From a bacterium CG_4_10_14_0_2_um_filter_33_32 (lineage in GTDB: Bacteria > Patescibacteriota > CPR2_A > CG2-30-33-46), in assembly GCA_002792735.1 (NCBI GenBank), contig PFOW01000055.1, forward strand, positions 273 to 64,272: 64,000 nt of DNA, written 5' to 3'. The notes under the pieces were generated by a model. The model was not told the origin of the DNA and ran no database searches. It was given only the letters and a program-made list of their open reading frames with translations. Position numbers and translations under genes: made by a program. Of this stretch, positions 10,597-19,494 are shown piece after piece. Each line of letters starts with the position of its first letter. Positions within the stretch are counted from its first letter, which is position 1.

Positions 10597-10646
10597 TTTA
10601 GATATCAGTTATCAGTAACTAATTATCAGTAAAGATAACGACTGAC
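10597..10646. promoter_or_regulatory. clustered dyad symmetries immediately upstream of the iscS start (candidate operator)
   Basis: AGTTA-tcag-TAACT (10607-10620) and TTATC-agtaaa-GATAA (10623-10638). The motif ATCAGT(A) recurs three times within 50 nt 5' of iscS. Confidence 0.3.
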
Positions 10647-10658
10647 AAAAATTATTAA

Positions 10659-11105
10659 TTACTGCCTTTCTTTTTGATTAATAAAATTATTGTTTTTTAT
10701 TTCCTGCAATTCTTTTTTTACTCCAGGGATTAAATCGTAATTATCTAATTCATCTAGTATTATCCAAGCGTAATCTGTAAAATCTTCCTTTTGAATATTC
10801 ACTTCTCCATCTTTTGCCTCACAAAGAAATCTGGGAATGACTACATGATAACCATCAGGTCTGGTAAACTCTGAATCGCCGATAAACTTAAAAATACCCG
10901 TTGTCTCTAAGTCGGTTTCTTCCTTGATTTCTCTTTCTAGTGTTTTCAAAATAGAACATCCTTTTTCAACTTTTCCACCCGGTACTGTCCACATACATGG
11001 TTGTGCTATCTCTTTTTCGCTTCTCTTTAATATCAAAAATTTGCCATCTTTTCTATATAAGAATCCAGTAACAGCCACGATGTGCAACTGATCATTACTT
11101 ACCAC
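10659..11105 (-). CDS. NUDIX hydrolase
   Basis: Nudix box GGKVEKGCSILKTLEREIKEETDL (GX5EX7REUXEEXGU). Confidence 0.8.
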   Translation of the reverse strand: MVSNDQLHIVAVTGFLYRKDGKFLILKRSEKEIAQPCMWTVPGGKVEKGCSILKTLEREIKEETDLETTGIFKFIGDSEFTRPDGYHVVIPRFLCEAKDGEVNIQKEDFTDYAWIILDELDNYDLIPGVKKELQEIKNNNFINQKERQ

Positions 11106-11322
11106 TTTTGCCTCTCTTGATAGTATTTAGACACGCCTTACATTCGTTGACAAATTCACTCTCAAGATTCTGTAATTTCTTGTAGCTTTCATAGGATGCT
11201 AGAACGCCAACCGGATCTGAATACCTAAGCAAAACATAGTTGCTTCCCTTACCAAGATCTTTTACTATCTTGGAAGTTTTATTTTGTAATTCGTTTATGT
11301 TTATAAATTTCTCTTTTGACAT
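11095..11322 (-). CDS. Phd/YefM-like antitoxin-fold small protein (orphan, no cognate toxin evident)
   Basis: 75 aa. …GSNYVLLRYSDPVGVLASYESYKKL resembles the YefM/Phd pattern (pVvItrrGkpvAVLvsyeeYe.L). It overlaps the Nudix gene start by 11 nt. Confidence 0.35.
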   Translation of the reverse strand: MSKEKFININELQNKTSKIVKDLGKGSNYVLLRYSDPVGVLASYESYKKLQNLESEFVNECKACLNTIKRGKSGK

Positions 11323-11388
11323 AATAAAAAAGTTACCTCAAATGTATGGTAACTTCTATCAATAGATTAGTCAATAAAAAATAATAAT

Positions 11389-12027
11389 TTATTTACTTAA
11401 ACGTAATCCATTGCTAGTATCTATATTATTAGCATTTTGGTATTTACTATTATTAGGATCCTCCGCGGATTGTACCGCAGGATCCGCTCCACCAGACCAA
11501 TTGTTTTGTTTTAAAATCTTGTTGCTCCAACGACTAAAATATTCACTATATTCAAGTGCATGCATACCCGAACTACTTATTCTTACTTTAACAAGTTGCG
11601 TAGAAGGATCATTGTAACCGCTACCATCAGTTTTTATAATACCATTACCGTTAGGCTGCTCTCTTTTAACATCATAAATAAGCAATTCTCTCGTAAGATT
11701 TGTATCGTTAAGATTAATTGCTTCTGAGCCGCTAGCTAAATTCCATTGGTTTGAAGAAATAACGATATGATACGGATTACTGTCACCTTTATTTTGAGTT
11801 CCAAGAGGGCGATAAATCATATTCCAATTACTAGCCACCATTGATCTTGTAGCTTCAAGCCCTTCCTTAGCAAGAGCAGATGCCTGGGTTTGAGCACCGC
11901 CCACTTTTGTTGATTGAAGCGATGCCATAATAAGCGAAGCTATGGTGATAGCAAAAATAGACGTAATAGATATTGCGATAAGAGCTTCTGCCAAAAGTGA
12001 GCCTTGAGCTTCTTTCAAATATTTCAT
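11389..12027 (-). CDS. type IV pilin-like protein (prepilin-type N-terminus)
   Basis: MKYLKEAQG|SLLAEALIAISITSIFAITIASLI has Gly at -1 and Glu at +5 followed by a hydrophobic helix. It lies in the pilBC locus. Confidence 0.55.
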   Translation of the reverse strand: MKYLKEAQGSLLAEALIAISITSIFAITIASLIMASLQSTKVGGAQTQASALAKEGLEATRSMVASNWNMIYRPLGTQNKGDSNPYHIVISSNQWNLASGSEAINLNDTNLTRELLIYDVKREQPNGNGIIKTDGSGYNDPSTQLVKVRISSSGMHALEYSEYFSRWSNKILKQNNWSGGADPAVQSAEDPNNSKYQNANNIDTSNGLRLSK

Positions 12028-12542
12028 TGCATAGCCTCTATTCTCCCTGATTTGGTAACAACTATTTTTACAAAACCGGTTTCCTGCTTTCTGGAAATCC
12101 TAAAAGCAATACTGTTAGCACCATCCTGACTTGCTGTTCCATAATTATCCGTTTCTCCAGTTATCTTATTGAAAATTATGAATGATCCTCCACCATTTAT
12201 TGAAAAGTTATCGAATTGTAAGCTAGGCGGTAAATTATAAGATTTTTTAGAAACTGAAGTTTCCCACGGGTCCTCAAAAATTGTAAAAGTATCATTGCCC
12301 TCAATTTTAATACCCCATTTTTTTCCTAATTTCTGACTAATTGAATTTTTCTGGACCTCACGCATAAATGAAATAACTATTTTAGAATTTTCACTTAGTT
12401 CATTACTCTTTTGAAAAGATACATAACCATTTATCATAATAACGGATAATATACCCATTACTGCAACAACTATCAAAACCTCAATCAGCGTGAACCCTGA
12501 TTTATTACCGTGAATATTACTAATTATTTCCTTTATAGACAT
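12024..12542 (-). CDS. type IV pilin / pseudopilin
   Basis: …NKSG|FTLIEVLIVVAVMGILSVI is a canonical class III signal peptide with the GFTLIE motif. Confidence 0.8.
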   Translation of the reverse strand: MSIKEIISNIHGNKSGFTLIEVLIVVAVMGILSVIMINGYVSFQKSNELSENSKIVISFMREVQKNSISQKLGKKWGIKIEGNDTFTIFEDPWETSVSKKSYNLPPSLQFDNFSINGGGSFIIFNKITGETDNYGTASQDGANSIAFRISRKQETGFVKIVVTKSGRIEAMQ

Positions 12543-12552
12543 AATAATAAAA

Positions 12553-13764
12553 CTAACTTACTTTTGATATAAGCTGATATATAGGAGTAATAATAGCGAG
12601 TGCGATACCTCCTATACCAACTCCCATAATAACCATCATTATAGGCTCAATAAGTGTTGTCAGCTCTTTTAGGGTATTATCAACTTCTTCTTCATAAAAA
12701 CCTGCCATTTCAGATAATAGTTCGCTTAAATTACCGGTTTTCTCTCCTACATTGATCATACCTATTACGATATTAGGAAAAAGATCATTCCTATTTTTAA
12801 GTACGCGAGAAAGTGATATACCTTTGCTCACATCACTTAGAGAATTAAGTAGAGATTTTTTATAAACACTATTTAAAGTATCCGCCGTAAGTTCTATGGC
12901 GTCCATTATAGGAATACCGGCTGACACTGTACTGCCCAAAGTCCTGGCAAATCTAGCTAATTGGACATCCTGCACTAATTTATTAACTTTTGGAATTTTT
13001 AAGGATACAGAAGCTATAAAATTACGAACACTTTCCTGGCGAAGTGCGACAATAAAAGCAAAGATAGAAAAAATTCCAAGCACTATAAAAAGAATTAAAT
13101 TCTTACTTATGATTAAGCTGACCGCAATTATAATTTTAGTAAAAAGCGGCAACTTAACGCCTGATTGCGTAAAAAGATTAACTAACCTGGGCAAAACAAA
13201 AACTACCATTAATGCTATTACTGCGAAAGTGGATATTAAAAGTACGGCCGGATAAGTTAGCGCCCCCTTCACTTTACTGACCAAACTATAGTCTCTTCTT
13301 AAAAAATCAGTGAGTTTTTTTAAAGATTCTCCTAATTCGCCGGTCTCCTCTCCAGATTTCACCATATTTATATAATACTGAGAGAAAATCATTCGGTATC
13401 TTTTTAATACGCTCGAAATAGATTGCCCATTTTCAAGCCCAGTTTTTAAATCAGCAACCACTTTCTTTAAAATCTTATTTTTTGTATCATCAGCCAAGAC
13501 ATCAAAAGCATCATTTAAAGAAATACCGGCTTTTATCATTGTAGCTAAGTGCTCAGTAAAAATTATCTTATCTATTATTGGAACCCTGCCCAATAATCCA
13601 GCAGTTAACCTTTTGAATTTAGAAGTAGGCTTAGGTTCATTTACAGAAACTACAAAAAAATTTTGCCTTTTAAGAAAGGAGACTACCTGATCTTTTCCAC
13701 TTGCTTCCATCTCCCCCTGAGCTAATTTACCGCGGCTATCGATGGCTTGCCACTTAAATAACAT
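12553..13764 (-). CDS. pilC: type IV pilus inner-membrane platform protein PilC (GspF family)
   Basis: 403 aa, two GspF-type repeats and three TM helices, directly downstream of pilB. Confidence 0.85.
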   Translation of the reverse strand: MLFKWQAIDSRGKLAQGEMEASGKDQVVSFLKRQNFFVVSVNEPKPTSKFKRLTAGLLGRVPIIDKIIFTEHLATMIKAGISLNDAFDVLADDTKNKILKKVVADLKTGLENGQSISSVLKRYRMIFSQYYINMVKSGEETGELGESLKKLTDFLRRDYSLVSKVKGALTYPAVLLISTFAVIALMVVFVLPRLVNLFTQSGVKLPLFTKIIIAVSLIISKNLILFIVLGIFSIFAFIVALRQESVRNFIASVSLKIPKVNKLVQDVQLARFARTLGSTVSAGIPIMDAIELTADTLNSVYKKSLLNSLSDVSKGISLSRVLKNRNDLFPNIVIGMINVGEKTGNLSELLSEMAGFYEEEVDNTLKELTTLIEPIMMVIMGVGIGGIALAIITPIYQLISKVS

Positions 13765-13765
13765 T

Positions 13766-15472
13766 TTAATCCCTTATAACTCTCATTATTTCTTCATATG
13801 TTGTTATTCCTGATTCTGCTTTCTCTAAGCCGTCTTCTAGCATTCTCCTCATACCATCTTTAATGGCCTGGGCTTCTATTCTAGACTCAGGAGCTTTTTG
13901 AAGTACCAGTTCTCTAATTTCATTATTGACTCTTAATATTTCAAAAATACCTACCATACCTCTGTAACCAGAATTATGACATTCCTTACAACCCTTGCCT
14001 GCAAAAACTGTTTTGGGCAATTTATATTTTTTTATATCCTTACCAGATATCCCTAATTGATAAAATATACGCGATGCTTCTTCCTTTGTAATAGGTTTTG
14101 GTGTAATACAACCTGGGCAAACTCTTCTTACAAGACGCTGAGCAATAATTAAATTAACAGTTGATGCCAAAAGGAAAGGCTGAACACCTATATCAACTAA
14201 CCTAGGAATAGCGCCGGCAGCATTATTTGTATGTAGAGTTGAAAGAACCAAATGACCAGTTAAAGCTGCATGCACAGCTAGTTCGGCAGTATCGCTATCT
14301 CTAATTTCACCTACCATAATTATATCTGGGTCTTGTCTTAGTAAGCTCCTTAATCCATCGGCAAACGTTAACCCGGTTTTAACGTTAACCTGAATTTGAT
14401 TAACTCTTCGGATGTCATATTCAACGGGATCTTCTATCGTAGATATATTAACTTCCGGTTTATTGATTAAATGAAGAATAGTATAAAGACTTGTTGTTTT
14501 ACCAGAACCGGTAGGTCCAGTTGAAAGAACCATGCCATGTGTTTTTTTTATCGCATCCCTTATTACTGCCATGTCTTGCTGTTCTAGGCCAAGGCTTTCT
14601 AAATTCATCGGCCTTGCAGATTCCATAAGAAGTCTTAAAACTATTTTCTCACCATATATGGTTGGTATAACCGAAACACGAATAGCCATTGATGTTTCAT
14701 CCAGTTTATATCTAAATCTTCCATCCTGCGGAAGCCTATGCTCATCTATTTTTAAATCCGAAATAAGCTTCACTCTTGCGGCTAAAGCAGAATGCACTAT
14801 ATATGGCAGATTAATAACATCCTGCAATATGCCATCAATTCTAAATCTAACCAGCACTTCATCGTCTAAAGGTTCTATGTGAATATCAGAAGATTCCTGA
14901 GCAGCTGCATATTCAATTAAGGTATCCAGTATTTTAGTAACAGGAATATCTTGGGCCATTTTTTCAGCATCATTGACTCCGGTTGACATTGCCTTATCAA
15001 CATTTTCATTAATTATCTTGTCAAACTCCTGCGTAATCGATTTTTTATAACCAGAGAGCGCTTCCTTAAGATTTTTATGAGTAACTAAAACAGGATTTAT
15101 CTTTTTACCAATTTTTCTTTCCATAAACTGAATTGTTTTTAAATCCCCGGGATCTTCCATTGCTAAAGTAATATCCTTTTTGCTTGCTCCTACCGCTATC
15201 ACTTTATGAGTCTTGGCTATATTCTCAGGAACTAAAGAAAGCAATTCTGGTGTCATTTCAAAGCCCGAAAAATCAAAGAAAGGAACTTTAAAATAATCAG
15301 CGAGTATTTTAGTAAAATATTCCTCAGAAATTAAACCCTGCTCAATTAAAAGAGACTCAATATCCTGCGCTGTTCTTTTTGCCTCTTCTATTACAGAATC
15401 GAATTCTTTTTCACTAATAAACCCTGAAGATACTAAGGTATCTTTAAGTTCTTTTTCTGGAATATGTAGCAT
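13766..15472 (-). CDS. pilB: type IV pilus assembly ATPase PilB (GspE family)
   Basis: Walker A LSTGPTGSGKTTSLY, the Asp box, a His box and tetra-Cys CPGC…CKEC, as in GspE/PilB. Confidence 0.9.
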   Translation of the reverse strand: MLHIPEKELKDTLVSSGFISEKEFDSVIEEAKRTAQDIESLLIEQGLISEEYFTKILADYFKVPFFDFSGFEMTPELLSLVPENIAKTHKVIAVGASKKDITLAMEDPGDLKTIQFMERKIGKKINPVLVTHKNLKEALSGYKKSITQEFDKIINENVDKAMSTGVNDAEKMAQDIPVTKILDTLIEYAAAQESSDIHIEPLDDEVLVRFRIDGILQDVINLPYIVHSALAARVKLISDLKIDEHRLPQDGRFRYKLDETSMAIRVSVIPTIYGEKIVLRLLMESARPMNLESLGLEQQDMAVIRDAIKKTHGMVLSTGPTGSGKTTSLYTILHLINKPEVNISTIEDPVEYDIRRVNQIQVNVKTGLTFADGLRSLLRQDPDIIMVGEIRDSDTAELAVHAALTGHLVLSTLHTNNAAGAIPRLVDIGVQPFLLASTVNLIIAQRLVRRVCPGCITPKPITKEEASRIFYQLGISGKDIKKYKLPKTVFAGKGCKECHNSGYRGMVGIFEILRVNNEIRELVLQKAPESRIEAQAIKDGMRRMLEDGLEKAESGITTYEEIMRVIRD

Positions 15473-15494
15473 TTATCCTCCTAAAAATTAGAAA

Positions 15495-16094
15495 TTATGC
15501 CGGAACCAAAAAATAAATATTGTATATAAAAATAGGTAATGAAGAAATCAAAAGATATGGATATACGGATAATCTTTCTATGGCTTTACCTTTAATTTTA
15601 TAAAATATATGTGTTATAACCATCATAAAAAGAGCTATCACTATCAATACTATACCTCTATCCCATCCCATCAAAAAAGCAAGTACGAAATAAAACCAAA
15701 TTTCATAAATAGAAATAATTTGTGAATTTCTTTTATAAAGTTTGTATAAAACTAAAGAAAAAACAGTTGCTGAAATAAATGACCAGATAAAATATTCTCC
15801 GAGGTTAAATAAAAAAAGTGATGCTGTGTACTTTGAATCTATAGCTTTAGCCATAAAACTACCAGGTAATTTATAAATCATGATTTGTAAAGTTGTCCAA
15901 TATATCACAAAGCAAAAAGATATAATTAACGAACCATAAGCTAATCGTCTAATCACCCGGGCATCAACAACTTCTCTTCTAAAGAAAAAATGATAACCTA
16001 ATGACAGAATAATAGATAACACCAGTACGGGTTTCCACCAAATAAAAACAGGTGATAAATAAGAAAGAATACCAACGATTTTTTCTAAACTCAT
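15495..16094 (-). CDS. polytopic membrane protein, possibly a short (TadV-like) A24 prepilin peptidase
   Basis: 199 aa with 5-6 TM helices. It sits between the major pilin gene and pilB, the classic pilD position. It has an Asp in the first cytoplasmic loop (EVVDARV) and a G-W-D-R-G segment that might correspond to the GGGD motif. This is weak. Confidence 0.3.
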   Translation of the reverse strand: MSLEKIVGILSYLSPVFIWWKPVLVLSIILSLGYHFFFRREVVDARVIRRLAYGSLIISFCFVIYWTTLQIMIYKLPGSFMAKAIDSKYTASLFLFNLGEYFIWSFISATVFSLVLYKLYKRNSQIISIYEIWFYFVLAFLMGWDRGIVLIVIALFMMVITHIFYKIKGKAIERLSVYPYLLISSLPIFIYNIYFLVPA

Positions 16095-16164
16095 ATTATA
16101 ATTTTAAGCCAAAAGTTTAATTTATTCAATCAGAAACAATAATTTTTATATAAATAATCAGCAT

Positions 16165-16192
16165 TATGAAAACCCCGATCAATATCGGGGTT
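16165..16192 (-). terminator. intrinsic terminator downstream of the major pilin gene
   Basis: 9-bp perfect stem AACCCCGAT/ATCGGGGTT with a 4-nt loop. On the minus sense it is followed by UUUUCAU. Confidence 0.55.
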
Positions 16193-16219
16193 TAAATTCA
16201 GTTTAAGCTATAATGTAGA

Positions 16220-16768
16220 TTAACCCGTGGCAACAGCTAAGTCATTACCTACTTCGTAACGATTTGCGTTATTACCGCCGTCTTTACCGTCTTTATCTTG
16301 AGTTGTTGTGTATTCGGTCGATTCAAAAGCACAGTCAATTTTGTAATGCCCGGCACCATCATGTATAAATCTGTAAAAGCTGGTGACGCTATTCTGTGGG
16401 TCTAATGGCAGGGCGGAAATAGGCGCGCCGGATGATACCGTTGAGAAATCTAACGGTACCCAACCGGTACCTGTATTACTCTGTACAGCCGTACCCGTAG
16501 TTGCCGGGGTAGCAGTTGTAGCATAAACAGTAGTTGTTGCCGCTGTAGCGTAAGTTTCATTCTCAGTAAATGCAGTAAAGGATTTCCCGTCGGTTAAGGC
16601 TAAATTTATGGCTGTTTGGATAGTGCCCATATCCGATATTCTTTGCGAATCACGGCTTTTTTTCATCATTTCAACAGGATTAATAACTAACACAATAACC
16701 GCGGCTAAAATACCGATGATTGCGATAACAACCAAAAGCTCAATTAATGTAAACCCTTTCTTTCCAAT
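16220..16768 (-). CDS. pilA: major type IV pilin (PilA-like); true start upstream of the first canonical start codon
   Basis: An in-frame stop TAA (16783-16781) is followed by ATA CAA AGA AAA ATT GGA AAG AAA GGG TTT ACA TTA ATT GAG, giving (M)QRKIGKKG|FTLIELLVVIAIIGILAAVIV. The first ATG/GTG/TTG (TTG at 16735) lies after the conserved GFTLIE. AGGAGG sits 4 nt before the ATA. The C-terminal half is Thr/Ala-rich. Confidence 0.8.
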   Translation of the reverse strand: MGKKGFTLIELLVVIAIIGILAAVIVLVINPVEMMKKSRDSQRISDMGTIQTAINLALTDGKSFTAFTENETYATAATTTVYATTATPATTGTAVQSNTGTGWVPLDFSTVSSGAPISALPLDPQNSVTSFYRFIHDGAGHYKIDCAFESTEYTTTQDKDGKDGGNNANRYEVGNDLAVATG

Positions 16769-16810
16769 TTTTCTTTGTATTTATCCTCCTAGAAAAATTT
16801 GTTATAAAAA

Positions 16811-17209
16811 TTATTTAGAATGCTCTTTTTTGCATTTTCGAACAGCCTCTACCACATCATTAGGCTGAAGCCGAGATTTAACCATAAATCCGACAGCTCC
16901 TAATTTATAGGCTTTCTGTTCATCATTACCATTACTCATACTAAGATTGGTAAGTAGCAACACAGGTATATTAGCAATATTCTTAATTTTACCACGAGCT
17001 TCTAAGAATTCAAAACCATTCATTTCAGGCATCATAATGTCCAATAAGATAACGTCAAATTTGTTATCTTTTTTTAATAAATCCAAAGCTTCTTTACCGT
17101 TATATTTTATAACAATATCAAGACCTTCGAATTTGAATTTTCGTTCGTACATTCTTGTCATTAATTGGTCGTCATCTACCAACAAAATGCGCACTCTTGC
17201 CTCAAACAT
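16811..17209 (-). CDS. stand-alone response-regulator receiver domain (CheY/PilH-like)
   Basis: 132 aa with ILLVDDDQLMTRMY, FDVILLDIMMPEMNGFEFL and KLGAVGFMVK. There is no output domain. Confidence 0.8.
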   Translation of the reverse strand: MFEARVRILLVDDDQLMTRMYERKFKFEGLDIVIKYNGKEALDLLKKDNKFDVILLDIMMPEMNGFEFLEARGKIKNIANIPVLLLTNLSMSNGNDEQKAYKLGAVGFMVKSRLQPNDVVEAVRKCKKEHSK

Positions 17210-17275
17210 TATACTTTTATTATATTTTACCAGAAATACGGTTCAATTGCAATCATTTATACGCTCCGCTATCAC

Positions 17276-19474
17276 CTAAATCATGATTTTTTTACGGGTC
17301 GATGAATCTTCTTGTTCTTTTGTTTTCTTTTTTGCGATTGGCAGAGAAAAAGCAAAAGTTGTTCCTTTGCCAAAAACAGATTTCTCTATCCAAATATCCC
17401 CACCCATGGCTTTCATATATTGTCTGCATATATATAATCCTAAACCTGTTCCGCCCTTTTGGTTAGTAAGAGTAAGATTAACCTGAAAAAATTTCTGGAA
17501 GAGTTTTGATCTGTCTTCTTTCTTTAAACCTGCTCCGGTGTCACTTATATAAGTAACCAGATATTTACCCTTAACTTTTTGGTTGATAGTAATCCCGCCT
17601 TTCTCTGTAAATTTCAATGAGTTTCCCATTAAATTAGTAAGGACTTCCGATACCTTCCCTTCATCGCCTAATAGGAGCATACTCTGCTTTTTGGGAGAAT
17701 ATTTGATATAAAGACCTTTTCCTTTGGCAATATTTTTTAAATACTCTATTACTCTATGAGCAGATTCGACAATATTGAAATTGGACATATGATATACCAT
17801 TCTACCCTGTTCAATCCTTGAGACATTAAGCATATCTTCTACTAAGATTAACAATCGCTGACTTCCTGAATAAGCATCCTCAAGAAACTCTCTTGTATAA
17901 TTATCTATTTTACCGGCCTCTCCATCTAAAACCATTCTTAAATTGCCGGAAATAGCTGTCATTGGAGTTCTAAGTTCATGAGAGGTTACCGATAAAAATA
18001 CATCCTTAGCTTTATTCATTGTGATTTCTTTTGTTATATCAGTTATTATTAATACTTGCCCTATTATAATTCCATTATCATTATCGTTATCCTTATCACT
18101 AATAATAGGAGAAATTATAGCCGAATAAGTAAGCCCGGTGGTCTTCTCGAAAGTTAAATTCATTACCTTTTGGATAGCTGTTCTTAATAATTTATCATTA
18201 GGAAATTTTATTTTTGCCTTACTATCTTTCATACATAAATATTTCCCATCCTTGAAAAGACAGCTTATCCTTTCTCCCTTGAGTATGAAATCTTTATGAT
18301 TTACTGGCGCTACAAAATTAGTAAGAGTTTTTTCTAGATTTTCAAAACCTAATATACCCTGAACACTTTTATGCAAAATATTTTCTCTTTTTACACCAAA
18401 ATTTTCTTCGGCAGTTTTATTCATTTCTAAAACGAAACCTTTATCATCAACCACTAAAAGACCGCTACCAATGCTTTTCAATATTGCCTGTTCTTCGTTC
18501 TCTTTAACCTGAATCTTATTAAGAAGAGTGGCATTACTTATTACAACACTTATAACCTTACAAAGCTTTTCATAAAAATTTATAGTTTTTTCATTATTGA
18601 TATCTTTCTTAGAATCTAAGCAGCAAACAGTACCCATGACATTCTTACCGTCAATAATAGGACTAATTATTACAGTATCTGCACTTAATACCGGAGTCCG
18701 ATAAATCCTCTGATCAGACTGTGCATGATCAGATATCATAATCTTTTTTTCTGAAAATGCTATGCCATTAAGTGATTTATTTATATCAATTTTCAGTGTA
18801 TCTGTTTGCTTATTATTTAAGCCAGAACTTCCATTCTGTGCTTCTAATCTATTCGTTTCTTTATTGTATATAAAAAGTATGACTCTTCTGGCCTCCATGC
18901 TTTGAACAACTATTCTTGTAACCACAGCTACCAACTTAGAAAATTCTTTTGCCCATACCACAGACTGAGAAACTTTTGTTAAAGATTCAGATTGAACAAG
19001 AGCAACTTCAAGTTCTTCCTCGGATATATTCATATCCTCAAGAATATTAAGCATAGCCTTTTTTGAATCAGTTAATTCTGCAATCATCTTCTCTAAATCT
19101 GTGTTTTTAAACTGTAAATCAACAGCTTTTTTCTGAAACATTTCTTCCAATTTTTCCGCATATTCCTGGGTAGTTCTTTGAAGTATTGCATCCTCTTCTA
19201 AGGTTTTGTAAATTAAATCAACCGTCATCAATACATAAATAGATCCGGCGGCAAAAATGATTATAGTAAGAAAATCAGTATTTACTTTTATTTCTTTAAA
19301 ATGGATGAATGTAAATGCAACATAGCCGAAGAAAAAAGCGATAATTAATACAAACATCAAGCGCCAAAGATTTTTATAACTGCTTAGTCTTACATATTTA
19401 AAAACCTTCAGACACCTAAGTGCCGAATAGATAATCATCAAAATTCCGAAAAATAAAAGAAAAAATCCTAACAT
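17276..19474 (-). CDS. membrane sensor histidine kinase (TM - coiled coil - GAF/PAS - HisKA - HATPase_c)
   Basis: H-box SHELRTPMTAISG, N-box LMGNSLKFT and G-boxes DTGAGL / GGTGLGLYICRQ. Three N-terminal TM helices. Confidence 0.85.
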   Translation of the reverse strand: MLGFFLLFFGILMIIYSALRCLKVFKYVRLSSYKNLWRLMFVLIIAFFFGYVAFTFIHFKEIKVNTDFLTIIIFAAGSIYVLMTVDLIYKTLEEDAILQRTTQEYAEKLEEMFQKKAVDLQFKNTDLEKMIAELTDSKKAMLNILEDMNISEEELEVALVQSESLTKVSQSVVWAKEFSKLVAVVTRIVVQSMEARRVILFIYNKETNRLEAQNGSSGLNNKQTDTLKIDINKSLNGIAFSEKKIMISDHAQSDQRIYRTPVLSADTVIISPIIDGKNVMGTVCCLDSKKDINNEKTINFYEKLCKVISVVISNATLLNKIQVKENEEQAILKSIGSGLLVVDDKGFVLEMNKTAEENFGVKRENILHKSVQGILGFENLEKTLTNFVAPVNHKDFILKGERISCLFKDGKYLCMKDSKAKIKFPNDKLLRTAIQKVMNLTFEKTTGLTYSAIISPIISDKDNDNDNGIIIGQVLIITDITKEITMNKAKDVFLSVTSHELRTPMTAISGNLRMVLDGEAGKIDNYTREFLEDAYSGSQRLLILVEDMLNVSRIEQGRMVYHMSNFNIVESAHRVIEYLKNIAKGKGLYIKYSPKKQSMLLLGDEGKVSEVLTNLMGNSLKFTEKGGITINQKVKGKYLVTYISDTGAGLKKEDRSKLFQKFFQVNLTLTNQKGGTGLGLYICRQYMKAMGGDIWIEKSVFGKGTTFAFSLPIAKKKTKEQEDSSTRKKIMI

Positions 19475-19494
19475 ACAATTTTAAAATAAAACTA

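Noticed and set aside
12896-13255. Plus-strand 119-aa ORF inside pilC, and similar plus-strand ORFs inside pilB (14532..14882), the HK, the PAS gene, the giant gene (26609..26950, 30506..30709, 31893..32186), the ACD gene, por genes and enolase
   Set aside because: All are antisense to well-supported minus-strand genes and lack motifs. They are treated as spurious.
15495-16094. Confident call of prepilin peptidase PilD
   Set aside because: The position and membrane topology fit, but the canonical A24 motifs are not unambiguously recognisable in the sequence. It is kept only as a low-confidence possibility.
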